Shown piece by piece: positions 9,094-17,408 of a stretch of 64,000 nucleotides of DNA. The notes beneath the pieces are model-generated. The model worked only from the letters and a program-made list of their open reading frames with translations, had not been told where the DNA came from and did not search any database. The stretch comes from a virus. Taxonomy: Duplodnaviria > Caudoviricetes. Position 1 is the first letter of the stretch. Every line of letters begins with the position of its first letter. The position numbers and the translations under genes were made by a program. The DNA lies in the IMG/VR virus record IMGVR_UViG_3300044693_000229, positions 3,963-67,962 of that record. One strand, written 5' to 3'.

Positions 9094-9252
9094 ATGCCAC
9101 GCCCTTATCAAAGCAAGAAACAAGGGCGAAATAGTCCAAAAGTAAAACGCGAGCGCTATAAACGTCGGATGAAACGCCGACGTGAGCGCATGACCGAAGA
9201 AGGATTTTATGATCATCATCGAAAAGAGGTAGGTTATGACGAAGAAGCATAA
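9094..9252 (+). CDS. Small Arg/Lys-rich protein
   Basis: MPRPYQSKKQGRNSPKVKRERYKRRMKRRRER...; fills the gap between flanking genes. Confidence 0.5.
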   Translation: MPRPYQSKKQGRNSPKVKRERYKRRMKRRRERMTEEGFYDHHRKEVGYDEEA

Positions 9253-9682
9253 AAACAGGAAGGAATACGCCAAGCAAAAACGACTTGCGTGTCAAGCGCG
9301 TAATCGTGCCGAAATTCAACGAGCTGCCAAAGCGCGCGAGGACTATCTCGCTAGGCAGGCATTCGAACAGATCAAGCGAATGTACGACGAAAATCCGGTA
9401 AACGTACAAATGCTGTGCGATAACGGTATCGTTTCTAAAGAAATATGTGATCAATTGCAGATCGTTCGATCAGCAGAAACGTTCGCGGCGAGCGCTACAG
9501 ACAAATCGCCTGAAGACATCATCGACGGCATCAAAACAACGATCAATGCGATGAAGCAGGCTGGTATACCGATCAATGACGAGCTTAAGGCGGATATCGA
9601 AAGGATTCGCGATGAGCATGGCATTGATGTGCTTAATACCGATATGGTTTGGATTGACGAAATGAAAGACTTGAACTTTTAA
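9236..9682 (+). CDS. Hypothetical protein
   Basis: GAGGT RBS; in operon. Confidence 0.65.
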   Translation: MTKKHKNRKEYAKQKRLACQARNRAEIQRAAKAREDYLARQAFEQIKRMYDENPVNVQMLCDNGIVSKEICDQLQIVRSAETFAASATDKSPEDIIDGIKTTINAMKQAGIPINDELKADIERIRDEHGIDVLNTDMVWIDEMKDLNF

Positions 9683-9702
9683 TCAAGCAGAGGTGAATAA
9701 CC

Positions 9703-10131
9703 ATGTTCAAACAAAATCCATTAGCTCAACAGATCGGCTACAGCATCAGCATGCAACAGCCATCGCAATCGCGCACGATCCATTTCGACAATGCCGGCAT
9801 CAACATCGATCGCAGTGAAAAAGCGATTAAGGCGGTCCGCGTCCTGACTTATGACGTCTTCAGCGGCGATGTCTATCTCTGCACCTTCCAGGGCGCCGAA
9901 TCGACCGTGACCGGGCCGATGGAAGGCGCGGCGAAGTTCCACATGCACCAAGCCATGCTGGCCGAGCATCGAAAGTTGAATGCCGATCAGTTATCGGCGC
10001 ACGCCTCGCGCGGCAATCCCTATGCAATCCATGAGCAATCGGTGCGTGCCAACGATGGTGACTTGCTCAAGGCCGAACCGCCGCCGCATTACGAAGACAT
10101 TCGCTTTGTCCTGAAGGGAGCCGCATCATGA
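9703..10131 (+). CDS. Hypothetical protein
   Basis: GAGGTG RBS. Confidence 0.65.
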   Translation: MFKQNPLAQQIGYSISMQQPSQSRTIHFDNAGINIDRSEKAIKAVRVLTYDVFSGDVYLCTFQGAESTVTGPMEGAAKFHMHQAMLAEHRKLNADQLSAHASRGNPYAIHEQSVRANDGDLLKAEPPPHYEDIRFVLKGAAS

Positions 10132-10370
10132 AACTGTCTGATTTTGAAAATCTTAATAAATTGGTATTAATTAGAAATGGGTTGAAAGAGAAAATCGACA
10201 TCGTTTCAAATAATGGAAAGTACCCCAATGGACTCGGTGTGACAATTCAGGGAAGTTATCAAGACAGTTATATATTGGACGTGGTTCGTCCTGTTGTTCT
10301 CGATCAGTTGAACGAACGACTTAGATTAGTTGATGAACAAATCATTGCACTGGGGGTAAACGTGTCATGA
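10128..10370 (+). CDS. Hypothetical protein
   Basis: ATGA overlap; GGAG RBS. Confidence 0.6.
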   Translation: MKLSDFENLNKLVLIRNGLKEKIDIVSNNGKYPNGLGVTIQGSYQDSYILDVVRPVVLDQLNERLRLVDEQIIALGVNVS

Positions 10371-10654
10371 GATTTCAGTTAGGCGAACTGGCAATACTTG
10401 TGAGCGCGCGAAATAAAATACAAGCAAATCATTTAAACATGATTTGTAAAGTTTCTCTTTTAGGGCCGATTATCCCAGTCAAAGGATTTGTCGATGTAAG
10501 TGGAAATGAATTAATTTTTGATCGTCATGGGGATTATCTCGTTTGGTTTCCTCACGACCATATGGGAGATGTTGTTTTTGATTATCAGCTGAAAAAGATC
10601 GGAGACCCTGACCGACCCGAAGACATTCAACAAAGCGAGGAAATGACGGTATGA
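10367..10654 (+). CDS. Hypothetical protein
   Basis: ATGA overlap. Confidence 0.6.
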   Translation: MRFQLGELAILVSARNKIQANHLNMICKVSLLGPIIPVKGFVDVSGNELIFDRHGDYLVWFPHDHMGDVVFDYQLKKIGDPDRPEDIQQSEEMTV

Positions 10655-10998
10655 ACAAAATGTTCGAATTAATTACGCCAGCCACCGACTTGGACGATTA
10701 TCCGGTGTATATCGTCGGCCAAATCCGTGCGATTGCTGACCCTATTGAAGGATGGGAAACGCCGTCAGAAATTTGGGAATTCGTCGGTGTTTTCGGTTCG
10801 AAAGAACAAGCTGAAAATGCGTGTCGCGATTACACCTATTTCGTGATGGGGCCGATGGGCATTGGCCGCGCGTTTCCGCATGAAACGATGAGTCTTGATA
10901 CGGTGCCGGCTTGGTATCCAATCACTCGTAAACCGTCCGATCCGCTATTGCCTGGCGAATCGAAATGGAGTGTCGAGCCCATCACGGCCAATACGTAA
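10651..10998 (+). CDS. Hypothetical protein
   Basis: ATGA overlap. Confidence 0.6.
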   Translation: MNKMFELITPATDLDDYPVYIVGQIRAIADPIEGWETPSEIWEFVGVFGSKEQAENACRDYTYFVMGPMGIGRAFPHETMSLDTVPAWYPITRKPSDPLLPGESKWSVEPITANT

Positions 10999-11069
10999 AT
11001 TCGACAAAATAACAAGGCGGCCTTATGATCGCGCTGACGCCCATTAAGCGACCCTGATCGATTTAACGC

Positions 11070-11606
11070 ATGGCCGAAGAATACGACGCGCTGCCGCCTT
11101 CCGAATTCGGTCGATACGAATTTGCGGTCGATAACCGGCCGCATTATGACAATTATGTCGAATACCGGTTGCATGGCGTGGATAAGACGACTGCGTTTCG
11201 CAAGTCGTTTCCGCGAATGTATTGGGATGACTATCGAAAAACGCCGACTTATGCTGATGAGGTTGAGTTCAATCTCTATACCGTTCGTCGGCTCGCTCAG
11301 CGTGTATCGGAAATCGAACCATCGCAGCTTTGGAATCCGAAAATCGCTATGCACGAAATGCTTTCTGTTGTGCGCGACCCGACTGCGCAGACGTCCGCTA
11401 AAGTGCGGGCCATGGAAAGCTTGAACCTGTTGTCTGGCATTACCTTCGTCGACGATAAGGGCAAAACACGTCTTGGCTCGTCGCTGGACGACTTCTATCG
11501 CGATCAGCGTGAGCAGGATCAGTTACGGGAGGCGGACCAGGGCACCGACTCCGATGACGTACCTTCGGCCCCAACCACTGAAACGAACGAGGAAACTACC
11601 TCATGA
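11070..11606 (+). CDS. terS: Terminase small subunit, Pbunavirus E217 type
   Basis: LWNPKIAMHEMLSVVRDP...LNLLSGITFVDDKGKTRLGSSLDDFY closely parallels the E217 TerS sequence as recalled; acidic tail. Confidence 0.8.
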   Translation: MAEEYDALPPSEFGRYEFAVDNRPHYDNYVEYRLHGVDKTTAFRKSFPRMYWDDYRKTPTYADEVEFNLYTVRRLAQRVSEIEPSQLWNPKIAMHEMLSVVRDPTAQTSAKVRAMESLNLLSGITFVDDKGKTRLGSSLDDFYRDQREQDQLREADQGTDSDDVPSAPTTETNEETTS

Positions 11607-12193
11607 AACACATGCGAATGTTGTTGACCTTTCTGACGGTCGCTTGTTTGTGTATCGCCTGCTTCGGGCTGGACGGGTGTGCCACGTCGCAGCCAAAAGG
11701 CAATCAGCCATCCGCCACTGCGCCGGCAACCTCTGGAGTTGGCAGCGCACAAAATCTGTCGGTGCAGCAGATCGTCAAGATTGCATGCCCGCCCATGCAA
11801 GCCGCCTCGCAACAGTTCGCGGCAATCGCCGGCACTATGGCTTTGACCAATCCCAGCTATGCCAAAGTGCAGCGGGATCTTTTGAAGTCGCAGCCGGTCA
11901 TCGCGGCAGTCTGCGCGGCGAATGCCACCCTTTCCTTTGCCAATCTGCAGAACTTGGCCGCCACCGCATTGCCAGCGCTTGCTGACATCGCCGGCACCGT
12001 GAACCTGGCTCCTGCGCAAATGCAAGCCGTCCAAGCGGGATTGCTGGCAGCACAGGTAGCGCTAGGCGTGGCGGATGTCGTGGAGGCCAACATCGCGGCA
12101 GCCAAGGACGGTCAGCAAGCGCCGCCCCCTCCTGTTCCGTCTGTGCCGGCTAGTGCGTCAACCGTTGTGGCGCCGGCAACCGCGGCTAAGTAA
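11603..12193 (+). CDS. Ala-rich lipoprotein
   Basis: Basic N-terminus, hydrophobic stretch, near-canonical lipobox LDG-C26; hydrophobic helix near the C-terminus. Confidence 0.65.
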   Translation: MKHMRMLLTFLTVACLCIACFGLDGCATSQPKGNQPSATAPATSGVGSAQNLSVQQIVKIACPPMQAASQQFAAIAGTMALTNPSYAKVQRDLLKSQPVIAAVCAANATLSFANLQNLAATALPALADIAGTVNLAPAQMQAVQAGLLAAQVALGVADVVEANIAAAKDGQQAPPPPVPSVPASASTVVAPATAAK

Positions 12194-12212
12194 CAATTCC
12201 CGTTTCCCCTTT

Positions 12213-12252
12213 GGCGTCGGTTTGGTAACGGGCCAATCCGGCGCCCTTTTTT
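12213..12252 (+). terminator. Rho-independent terminator
   Basis: GGCGTCGGTTTGG/CCAATCCGGCGCC stem followed by T6. Confidence 0.7.
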
Positions 12253-12271
12253 GCGCGCTGCATAAGCAAGT

Positions 12272-12348
12272 TGGCAGGGCCGCCAGGATTCGAACCTGGG
12301 AATGTCGCAGTCAAAGTGCGATGCGTTAAGCCTCTTCGCCACAGCCCC
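12272..12348 (-). tRNA. tRNA-Gln (anticodon UUG)
   Basis: Cloverleaf: GGGGCTG/CGGCCCT acceptor, anticodon arm TCGCA-CTTTGAC-TGCGA, T arm CCAGG-TTCGAAT-CCTGG, encoded CCA. Confidence 0.93.
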
Positions 12349-12364
12349 GCGTAAAAGTTTTAAG

Positions 12365-12790
12365 ATGACCCCGGCATCTTTCGATGGCGGTTATTATCTA
12401 GCGGGCCATCATCGCCAAGCGATGCCTCCCGTTCGACTTGGTTCCAGCTTCGGGATTCGCCTCTTTCCTCAGAATGCATTCTGAGCCGAACCGGAGCCAT
12501 CTGAAAACGATCAAGGGTCACCCCTCAGCCTGCGTACCCTCCTGGCCCACGCGCAGTTTCTACCAGGAGCTTTAGGGTAGGTCGAACCACTATTCTGGGC
12601 GAACCACTGAGGGATGACCCTTGATGATTCTCTTTAAACGGTATTCCCCATCCCAGCTATCAACGGCGCTACCCGTTATCCGCTTTTGCATGTGGCGGTA
12701 CAACTTCGCTGGGATGGGTTGCCTACGGAACCGCTTAACCGATTGTCAGTCATGCCGCAGACGCGCACCGCGACAGACTCAAGGCTAGAA
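12365..12790 (-). ncRNA. Candidate large structured non-coding RNA upstream of the tRNA
   Basis: At least four nested helical domains, including a 19-bp and an 11-bp closing stem and a possible pseudoknot; no ORF of 60 aa or more on the transcribed strand. Strand inferred from context. Confidence 0.6.
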
Positions 12791-12812
12791 GTATCTTACT
12801 TCAATTTTGCGA

Positions 12813-13097
12813 TTATGTTTTTATACCTACATCATAAATTATCATCGAAGGAATGGATTCGCGCTTGCGCTTCGTCATCTCGTCATCGCTGAGTTTATGC
12901 AGCTTCTTATCCTCTTTCATCTTTCGATAAGTGACGACTTGCCGCGGCGTGAAATCCATCGTTCCTGGCGTGACTTCGCCGTTTCGAAAATTGGTGATTG
13001 GTCCGCTGACCTGCAAGCCAAGTGATCGGATGTACTGAACCATGGCCAGGAGCCGCGTATCGCTGGGGCGTTTCATGATGGGGACCATTACCTTCAC
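12813..13097 (-). CDS. Hypothetical protein
   Basis: GGAGTG RBS; coupled to the upstream gene. Confidence 0.6.
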   Translation of the reverse strand: MKVMVPIMKRPSDTRLLAMVQYIRSLGLQVSGPITNFRNGEVTPGTMDFTPRQVVTYRKMKEDKKLHKLSDDEMTKRKRESIPSMIIYDVGIKT

Positions 13098-13351
13098 TCC
13101 TTCAATTGCTCAAGCAAATGATCGAGCGCCAACCATTCGGGATAGTCACGCAGATCGCCGGCCATCTCTTTGGTAATGATGGCTTCCAATTTGTCGTTGG
13201 ACTTTTTTGCAGCGTCGACCAGACGCGGCAACATCTCGATCGTCGCATCCAGGATCGCGGCCGTTTTGGGCGAACCATTGCGTTCCAATGGCCCTTGTGC
13301 CGATCGTAACGCTATCAGCATGAGGCTTAGAGGGATGGGGTTATCGTTCAT
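13094..13351 (-). CDS. Hypothetical protein
   Basis: Start set at MNDNP. Confidence 0.55.
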   Translation of the reverse strand: MNDNPIPLSLMLIALRSAQGPLERNGSPKTAAILDATIEMLPRLVDAAKKSNDKLEAIITKEMAGDLRDYPEWLALDHLLEQLKE

Positions 13352-13628
13352 AGCGCATAGCCCTTTCGATTTCACCAATAAGATCGGCTGACATTTCGCA
13401 CCGATAGCCAATGTCGATGGCGCTTTGCCCTTCTATGACGAGCTTGACAAGATCTTTCAAACTGAACATAAGATCCTCTCGCTGCTGCTTGAGCTTTGCA
13501 ATGTTCTCAAGCAACGCCGCTGCGAGCGACGCCGGGTCTTGGCGCTCGATGTAATCGCCGTTTTCATGCTCTGACATGGAGCCTGGATAGGCTGACCGGT
13601 GGGCGATGATGTGAATAGGGTCGCTCAC
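13341..13628 (-). CDS. Hypothetical protein
   Basis: Overlap with the upstream stop. Confidence 0.6.
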   Translation of the reverse strand: MSDPIHIIAHRSAYPGSMSEHENGDYIERQDPASLAAALLENIAKLKQQREDLMFSLKDLVKLVIEGQSAIDIGYRCEMSADLIGEIERAMRYER

Positions 13629-13825
13629 GCAACAATCCTCTTGTCAATGGTTTCGAGCATGGCCTCATAGCCATGGATGGCTGCCTTGTGGGCATCGTCG
13701 TTGGCATGATGAGCAATCAGCGTGACGTCAAGCAGATGGAGCGACAGGCCGCGTTTGGCGAACCTGGCGCCCATATCGGCGGTGTCGAAGGGGTTTTGAA
13801 AGTCCGTGGCGTGGTGAGTGCGCAT
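13625..13825 (-). CDS. Hypothetical protein
   Basis: Start set at MRTHH after GGAG. Confidence 0.55.
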   Translation of the reverse strand: MRTHHATDFQNPFDTADMGARFAKRGLSLHLLDVTLIAHHANDDAHKAAIHGYEAMLETIDKRIVA

Positions 13826-13829
13826 GGCG

Positions 13830-14207
13830 TCAGAACTCCGGGTTGCGCTCGTCGTGAATGCCACGAACAAGGCTCCACGTTCCGCCTTGACGAATCCACG
13901 AAGAAGTAAGTTTGCGGCGATAGTACTTAATGCCGCCGACTGTGATGATTTTGTAATCTTTGCCGACTTTTTCGACTTTACCGGCCGGATAATAGTCGCC
14001 ATTGAATCCATAACTGGCATCCTCACCCACAATCGGAGGTTGACAGATTCCGAACCGTGGAGACCATGCCGGTCCGAAGTCGCAGGGCAAAAAGGTATGG
14101 CCAGGATGATCTTTCATGGCTTGTTCTGCCAATGATTGAGCCTGTTTGAAAGAACAGATCTTCCAGAAATCGTATTCGCGTCGAAGGTCGATGGATGGCT
14201 TGTTCAT
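13830..14207 (-). CDS. Hypothetical protein
   Basis: First gene after the promoter at 14243-14271. Confidence 0.65.
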   Translation of the reverse strand: MNKPSIDLRREYDFWKICSFKQAQSLAEQAMKDHPGHTFLPCDFGPAWSPRFGICQPPIVGEDASYGFNGDYYPAGKVEKVGKDYKIITVGGIKYYRRKLTSSWIRQGGTWSLVRGIHDERNPEF

Positions 14208-14242
14208 GGCATTCTGGCCTGTTTCTAAGGGTTGGTGAGCGT

Positions 14243-14271
14243 ATCCTAACGGGTACGGATCAGGAATGCAA
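14243..14271 (-). promoter_or_regulatory. Sigma70-like promoter TTGCAT-N17-TAGGAT
   Basis: Exact 17-nt spacer; CGTTAGGATAC motif shared with other promoters here. Confidence 0.65.
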
Positions 14272-14280
14272 CCCCCTTTT

Positions 14281-14613
14281 TCAGGCGGAGGTTATCACTT
14301 CCGACTGCCAGACCCACAAGGCATAGGCCGCCGTGGCGATTTTGGCTTCATGGGCCGGCGCAAAGGATGACAGAAGGGCGCGCATATAGCGTTCGGCCTT
14401 GATCACATCGACGTGTTTACTGAGCCCTTCCAGACGACCGCCATTGAAAAATAGGTCTTGCACTTGTTTTTCCAAATGACTGGGAATCTTTGGCAGAGCA
14501 TGCCGATGGAAATAGTGTTTTCCTTGAAGACCGAATGCACATTCCGGATCGGATACGACAGGGATCGGCCAGAAGGTCAGGCCATTGCATACAGCTTGGG
14601 GTCGATTCGGCAC
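14281..14613 (-). CDS. Hypothetical phage protein
   Basis: GGAG then GTG start; sits between two promoters. Confidence 0.65.
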   Translation of the reverse strand: MPNRPQAVCNGLTFWPIPVVSDPECAFGLQGKHYFHRHALPKIPSHLEKQVQDLFFNGGRLEGLSKHVDVIKAERYMRALLSSFAPAHEAKIATAAYALWVWQSEVITSA

Positions 14614-14646
14614 GTCGATCTCCAGTGAGTTATGGTTGGCGAGTGT

Positions 14647-14675
14647 ATCCTAGTGTATACTGTCCGATGATGCAA
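14647..14675 (-). promoter_or_regulatory. Sigma70-like promoter TTGCAT-N17-TAGGAT
   Basis: GGGGGTTGCAT...TAGGATAC, same as the 14243 promoter. Confidence 0.65.
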
Positions 14676-14680
14676 CCCCC

Positions 14681-14950
14681 TCAATCGTCGTTCAGTTCAC
14701 CTAACGCATCCGCCGCCATGCCTGCGGCGATCTGACGATAATCGTCAGCCTCTTTGGCCTCACTTTCGGTGGTTACGAAACGGCAATCCGTGATCTCTTC
14801 GTAACCAGGGCCGCAGCCTTCGTCGTCGATCATGATACGCATATAGCGCGTACCGTCTTGTGTAATAGCACGCTTCATGGCGCGCTCCAAGGAATTATTG
14901 CGTAGATGATCTTTAGCATACAAGGGAAAGTAAACAACTTGTTGTGTCAT
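14681..14950 (-). CDS. Hypothetical protein
   Basis: MTQQVV start with ATGA overlap. Confidence 0.55.
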   Translation of the reverse strand: MTQQVVYFPLYAKDHLRNNSLERAMKRAITQDGTRYMRIMIDDEGCGPGYEEITDCRFVTTESEAKEADDYRQIAAGMAADALGELNDD

Positions 14951-15129
14951 GACCAATGCCCTATGCAGAAAACGACGGCGAGCAGTATGAAAAGCGCGCC
15001 AAACACAAATTCTGTAAAACCGCCGTCGCGCGATAAGCGACGAGTGCCAGTATTCGATGCGACCAAGAACAGAATGGCTAGAATGATGAAGACAATCGGC
15101 GTGGTGTACCATGGAAGATGGACGGTCAT
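14947..15129 (-). CDS. Small two-TM membrane protein (60 aa)
   Basis: Two hydrophobic helices joined by a basic loop (TRRLSRD). Confidence 0.6.
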   Translation of the reverse strand: MTVHLPWYTTPIVFIILAILFLVASNTGTRRLSRDGGFTEFVFGALFILLAVVFCIGHWS

Positions 15130-15515
15130 GTCTTACCCTTCGGCGACGGTGTGGCGGCGAGCATTCTGGAATAGGCGGCAATTTCCTCGGCCATCTTGCT
15201 CGGGTTTAGGTTTCGGAAATTCGTACCGCTGAAATGATTGAGCATTTCATCTGTCGGCTCAATCGGTACCAACTTCCAGCCTGCCGGCACGCTCACCTGC
15301 GCAGCCTCAGCCTTTAGTGCTCGCTCTTGCCAGTAGTTGATGGCGTTGTGCATGGTGCTGTCGCCTGCTGCGATGGCTTGTTCGGCTTCAGCCTCATTGG
15401 CAAGATCGCGTAGCATGTCGGCGCTGATCTTGTCCTCATCTTCACCGTGCCGGCGATATTTGGCTTCGAGCCAGTCAGCCATCTCCTGCATGGCTTGTGG
15501 GGTGTGTTTGGTCAT
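15126..15515 (-). CDS. Hypothetical phage protein (VPAGWKLVPIEPT module)
   Basis: Common phage accessory module; ATGA overlap. Confidence 0.6.
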   Translation of the reverse strand: MTKHTPQAMQEMADWLEAKYRRHGEDEDKISADMLRDLANEAEAEQAIAAGDSTMHNAINYWQERALKAEAAQVSVPAGWKLVPIEPTDEMLNHFSGTNFRNLNPSKMAEEIAAYSRMLAATPSPKGKT

Positions 15516-15733
15516 TTCAATCCCCCAAGCTTTTCGCATTCAGCGCAATAACGCTCCTTCAAATGGCCATTATAATGACCCCATGCTTTAATCGGGATGC
15601 TTGTAGGCATTGTCCTTCTTCCGCACAGCGATCTCTCGGAATGCTTTGCAGTCGAAAGATGATAGAAGTAAACACCGCTTATGCCCTCTGAGATCTTCAA
15701 ATTCTCGTCCAAAGCATGAATGTGCTTGTTCAT
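15512..15733 (-). CDS. Small Cys-containing hypothetical protein
   Basis: ATGA overlap; LCGR...CAEC. Confidence 0.55.
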   Translation of the reverse strand: MNKHIHALDENLKISEGISGVYFYHLSTAKHSERSLCGRRTMPTSIPIKAWGHYNGHLKERYCAECEKLGGLK

Positions 15734-15918
15734 TTCGGCGGCTCCGGTATGGGCATCCAGTGGGTAAGGTTATGCACATGCCATCCCTCTTCTTGTACCT
15801 CCCACTCGCCATAAAAAGAATCGAACCGAACAAACTTTGGAATCGATCCGTATTTCCGCCATGCGAGTATGACAGTACCATCCTTCGGCGCCGTCTCGAT
15901 GGGTTGCCATTCACTCAT
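15730..15918 (-). CDS. DUF551-like phage protein
   Basis: MSEWQPIETAPKDGT...THWMPIPEPPK. Confidence 0.75.
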   Translation of the reverse strand: MSEWQPIETAPKDGTVILAWRKYGSIPKFVRFDSFYGEWEVQEEGWHVHNLTHWMPIPEPPK

Positions 15919-16501
15919 GACCTTTCTCAGATATCGCTGCTTCGAGGGCGGCGCGCAGTTGCCCGCGTTGGATTTCTTTGTGTCTGTTCTGATACTGAGA
16001 CCATTTCCATCCGCGTGAGATTGCATACGCTTCACACGCGCGTTCCACCATCTCGTCCGTCACATCCACGCGGGGATGGGGTGGGGCGGTGTAGAGCGGT
16101 ACAAGGTGATACATGCCAGGATGAAGCTGATCATTGATCCACTGATTCATTTCAGTGCGCGCTGCTTCTCCGCCATTGCCGTCATCGCATGAATAGGCGC
16201 GCTGAATGTCGCCTTCCTCATCGATGGCGGCCCAATGAGATGGCTTCACCACCGCCTCACCCTCGCGCTGCGCCGAATGGCTCAGATTGTCGACGTGTAG
16301 GAACTCGATGCCTTCCACCGGCGGGATGTGATCGGCGTTTCCAATTGGCAGTGACTTGCGCTGCGCGGATAGGTGGGCGTCGATGGAAGCCGCCAGCTTG
16401 CGCAACGGGATGCCATCCATAAGGATGTATCCGTCGCTGAACTTTTGTAGTGAATCCCGTACCTGTTCTAACGTCATCGTCTTTTTCGTCGTGTCAGTCA
16501 T
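15911..16501 (-). CDS. Hypothetical mosaic phage protein
   Basis: Start set at MTDTT; contains PLYTAPP and VTDEMVERA modules. Confidence 0.6.
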   Translation of the reverse strand: MTDTTKKTMTLEQVRDSLQKFSDGYILMDGIPLRKLAASIDAHLSAQRKSLPIGNADHIPPVEGIEFLHVDNLSHSAQREGEAVVKPSHWAAIDEEGDIQRAYSCDDGNGGEAARTEMNQWINDQLHPGMYHLVPLYTAPPHPRVDVTDEMVERACEAYAISRGWKWSQYQNRHKEIQRGQLRAALEAAISEKGHE

Positions 16502-16715
16502 GGCTAGCCTCTGTGATTTTCTTTCCGCAGTAAGGACAATAGTCGAAGTGATTTTCTGAAGGCGTGCCAGACACGAACTGGAATAGGTTGGAGCAACCGG
16601 TTTCCCACCAGCCGTTTTCGTTTTCGAACCACCAACAAGCATCGGCGCTCATGTTTTCCTCAAGTCGATCATCTGTAATATCGCACTCGACGAATGCGCT
16701 ATGGCCGATAATCAC
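16494..16715 (-). CDS. Small zinc-ribbon protein
   Basis: CWW...ETGC...CPYCGKKI. Confidence 0.6.
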   Translation of the reverse strand: MIIGHSAFVECDITDDRLEENMSADACWWFENENGWWETGCSNLFQFVSGTPSENHFDYCPYCGKKITEASHD

Positions 16716-16882
16716 TTTACTTCGGGGATCTCCATATCTTCGTCACCAGTGATCCATTTCCCCGTTTCGGTATCTATCACGTACCATTCGTCTCCTATGG
16801 CGAAATCTCGCGCCGTCTTTTCGTCATTCGTTCCTTTTACGCAGCCGTCAAAAAGATCAACGATATAATAGCGGTATTTCAT
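16712..16882 (-). CDS. Hypothetical protein
   Basis: GAGG RBS before MKYRY. Confidence 0.55.
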   Translation of the reverse strand: MKYRYYIVDLFDGCVKGTNDEKTARDFAIGDEWYVIDTETGKWITGDEDMEIPEVK

Positions 16883-16951
16883 ATATTCCTCTCGTTGTTG
16901 GTCGGACCGCCCGTGCATGCCCTCGAGGATGGCAAAGGCATGCACGGGCGG

Positions 16952-17158
16952 TCAGGCTTCGATCATTACGCCATCGCCCGTAACGCTGAGCATTGAGCCA
17001 TCATCGAAGCGATAGAGCGTTCCGCCATGCGCGAGCTTCCACGAATGCGAACATTGTTCCCGAGCTTCTTTGCGGGCAAGGTTGGACGTCCGGCTATCGC
17101 GGAAGATGCGAGCGGCCAGTGAGATATAGTCGTCGGAATCCATATGATTCATCTTCAT
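16952..17158 (-). CDS. Small cassette-array protein
   Basis: Preceded by the repeated CATTGAGGAAATGAAGATG element. Confidence 0.6.
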   Translation of the reverse strand: MKMNHMDSDDYISLAARIFRDSRTSNLARKEAREQCSHSWKLAHGGTLYRFDDGSMLSVTGDGVMIEA

Positions 17159-17182
17159 TTCCTCAATGAACGAGGGCGAGTT

Positions 17183-17380
17183 TCACGGCCGGTACCCATA
17201 TTTGGATGCGATGGCAACCTCACCTGGCGTTAATTTTCGCTGCTTCGCCCAACGTTCCGCACATTTCCGTATCTCCATTCCACTGATGGCCTTGACCATG
17301 ATGCGTTCATGCTGAGTATGGCAAGCCTCCAAGTCTTCTTTCATACGGTCTTCAAGCTGATGGATTTTCCAGGGTGTCAT
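17183..17380 (-). CDS. Small cassette-array protein
   Basis: TGAGGAAATGAAATG start context. Confidence 0.6.
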   Translation of the reverse strand: MTPWKIHQLEDRMKEDLEACHTQHERIMVKAISGMEIRKCAERWAKQRKLTPGEVAIASKYGYRP

Positions 17381-17408
17381 TTCATTTCCTCAGTAGGTGG
17401 GCTGGCGG

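Noticed and set aside
12272-12348. tmRNA, suggested by the GGGGCTG 5' end
   Set aside because: The sequence closes as a 77-nt cloverleaf with a normal anticodon arm; no G3-U70 pair and no tag ORF.
12373-12426. Hammerhead ribozyme (GATGA...CGAAA on the minus strand)
   Set aside because: The CUGANGA core is not intact (GCGATGA) and the stems do not fit the hammerhead junction.
12455-12470. RNase P RNA (GAGGAAAG on the minus strand)
   Set aside because: The conserved continuation UCC and the 3' ACAGAA..CGGCUUA element were not found.
12530-12569. HDV-like/theta ribozyme next to the tRNA
   Set aside because: Only about 6 nt lie where the P3/L3 hairpin is required; kept only as a generic pseudoknot in the ncRNA finding.
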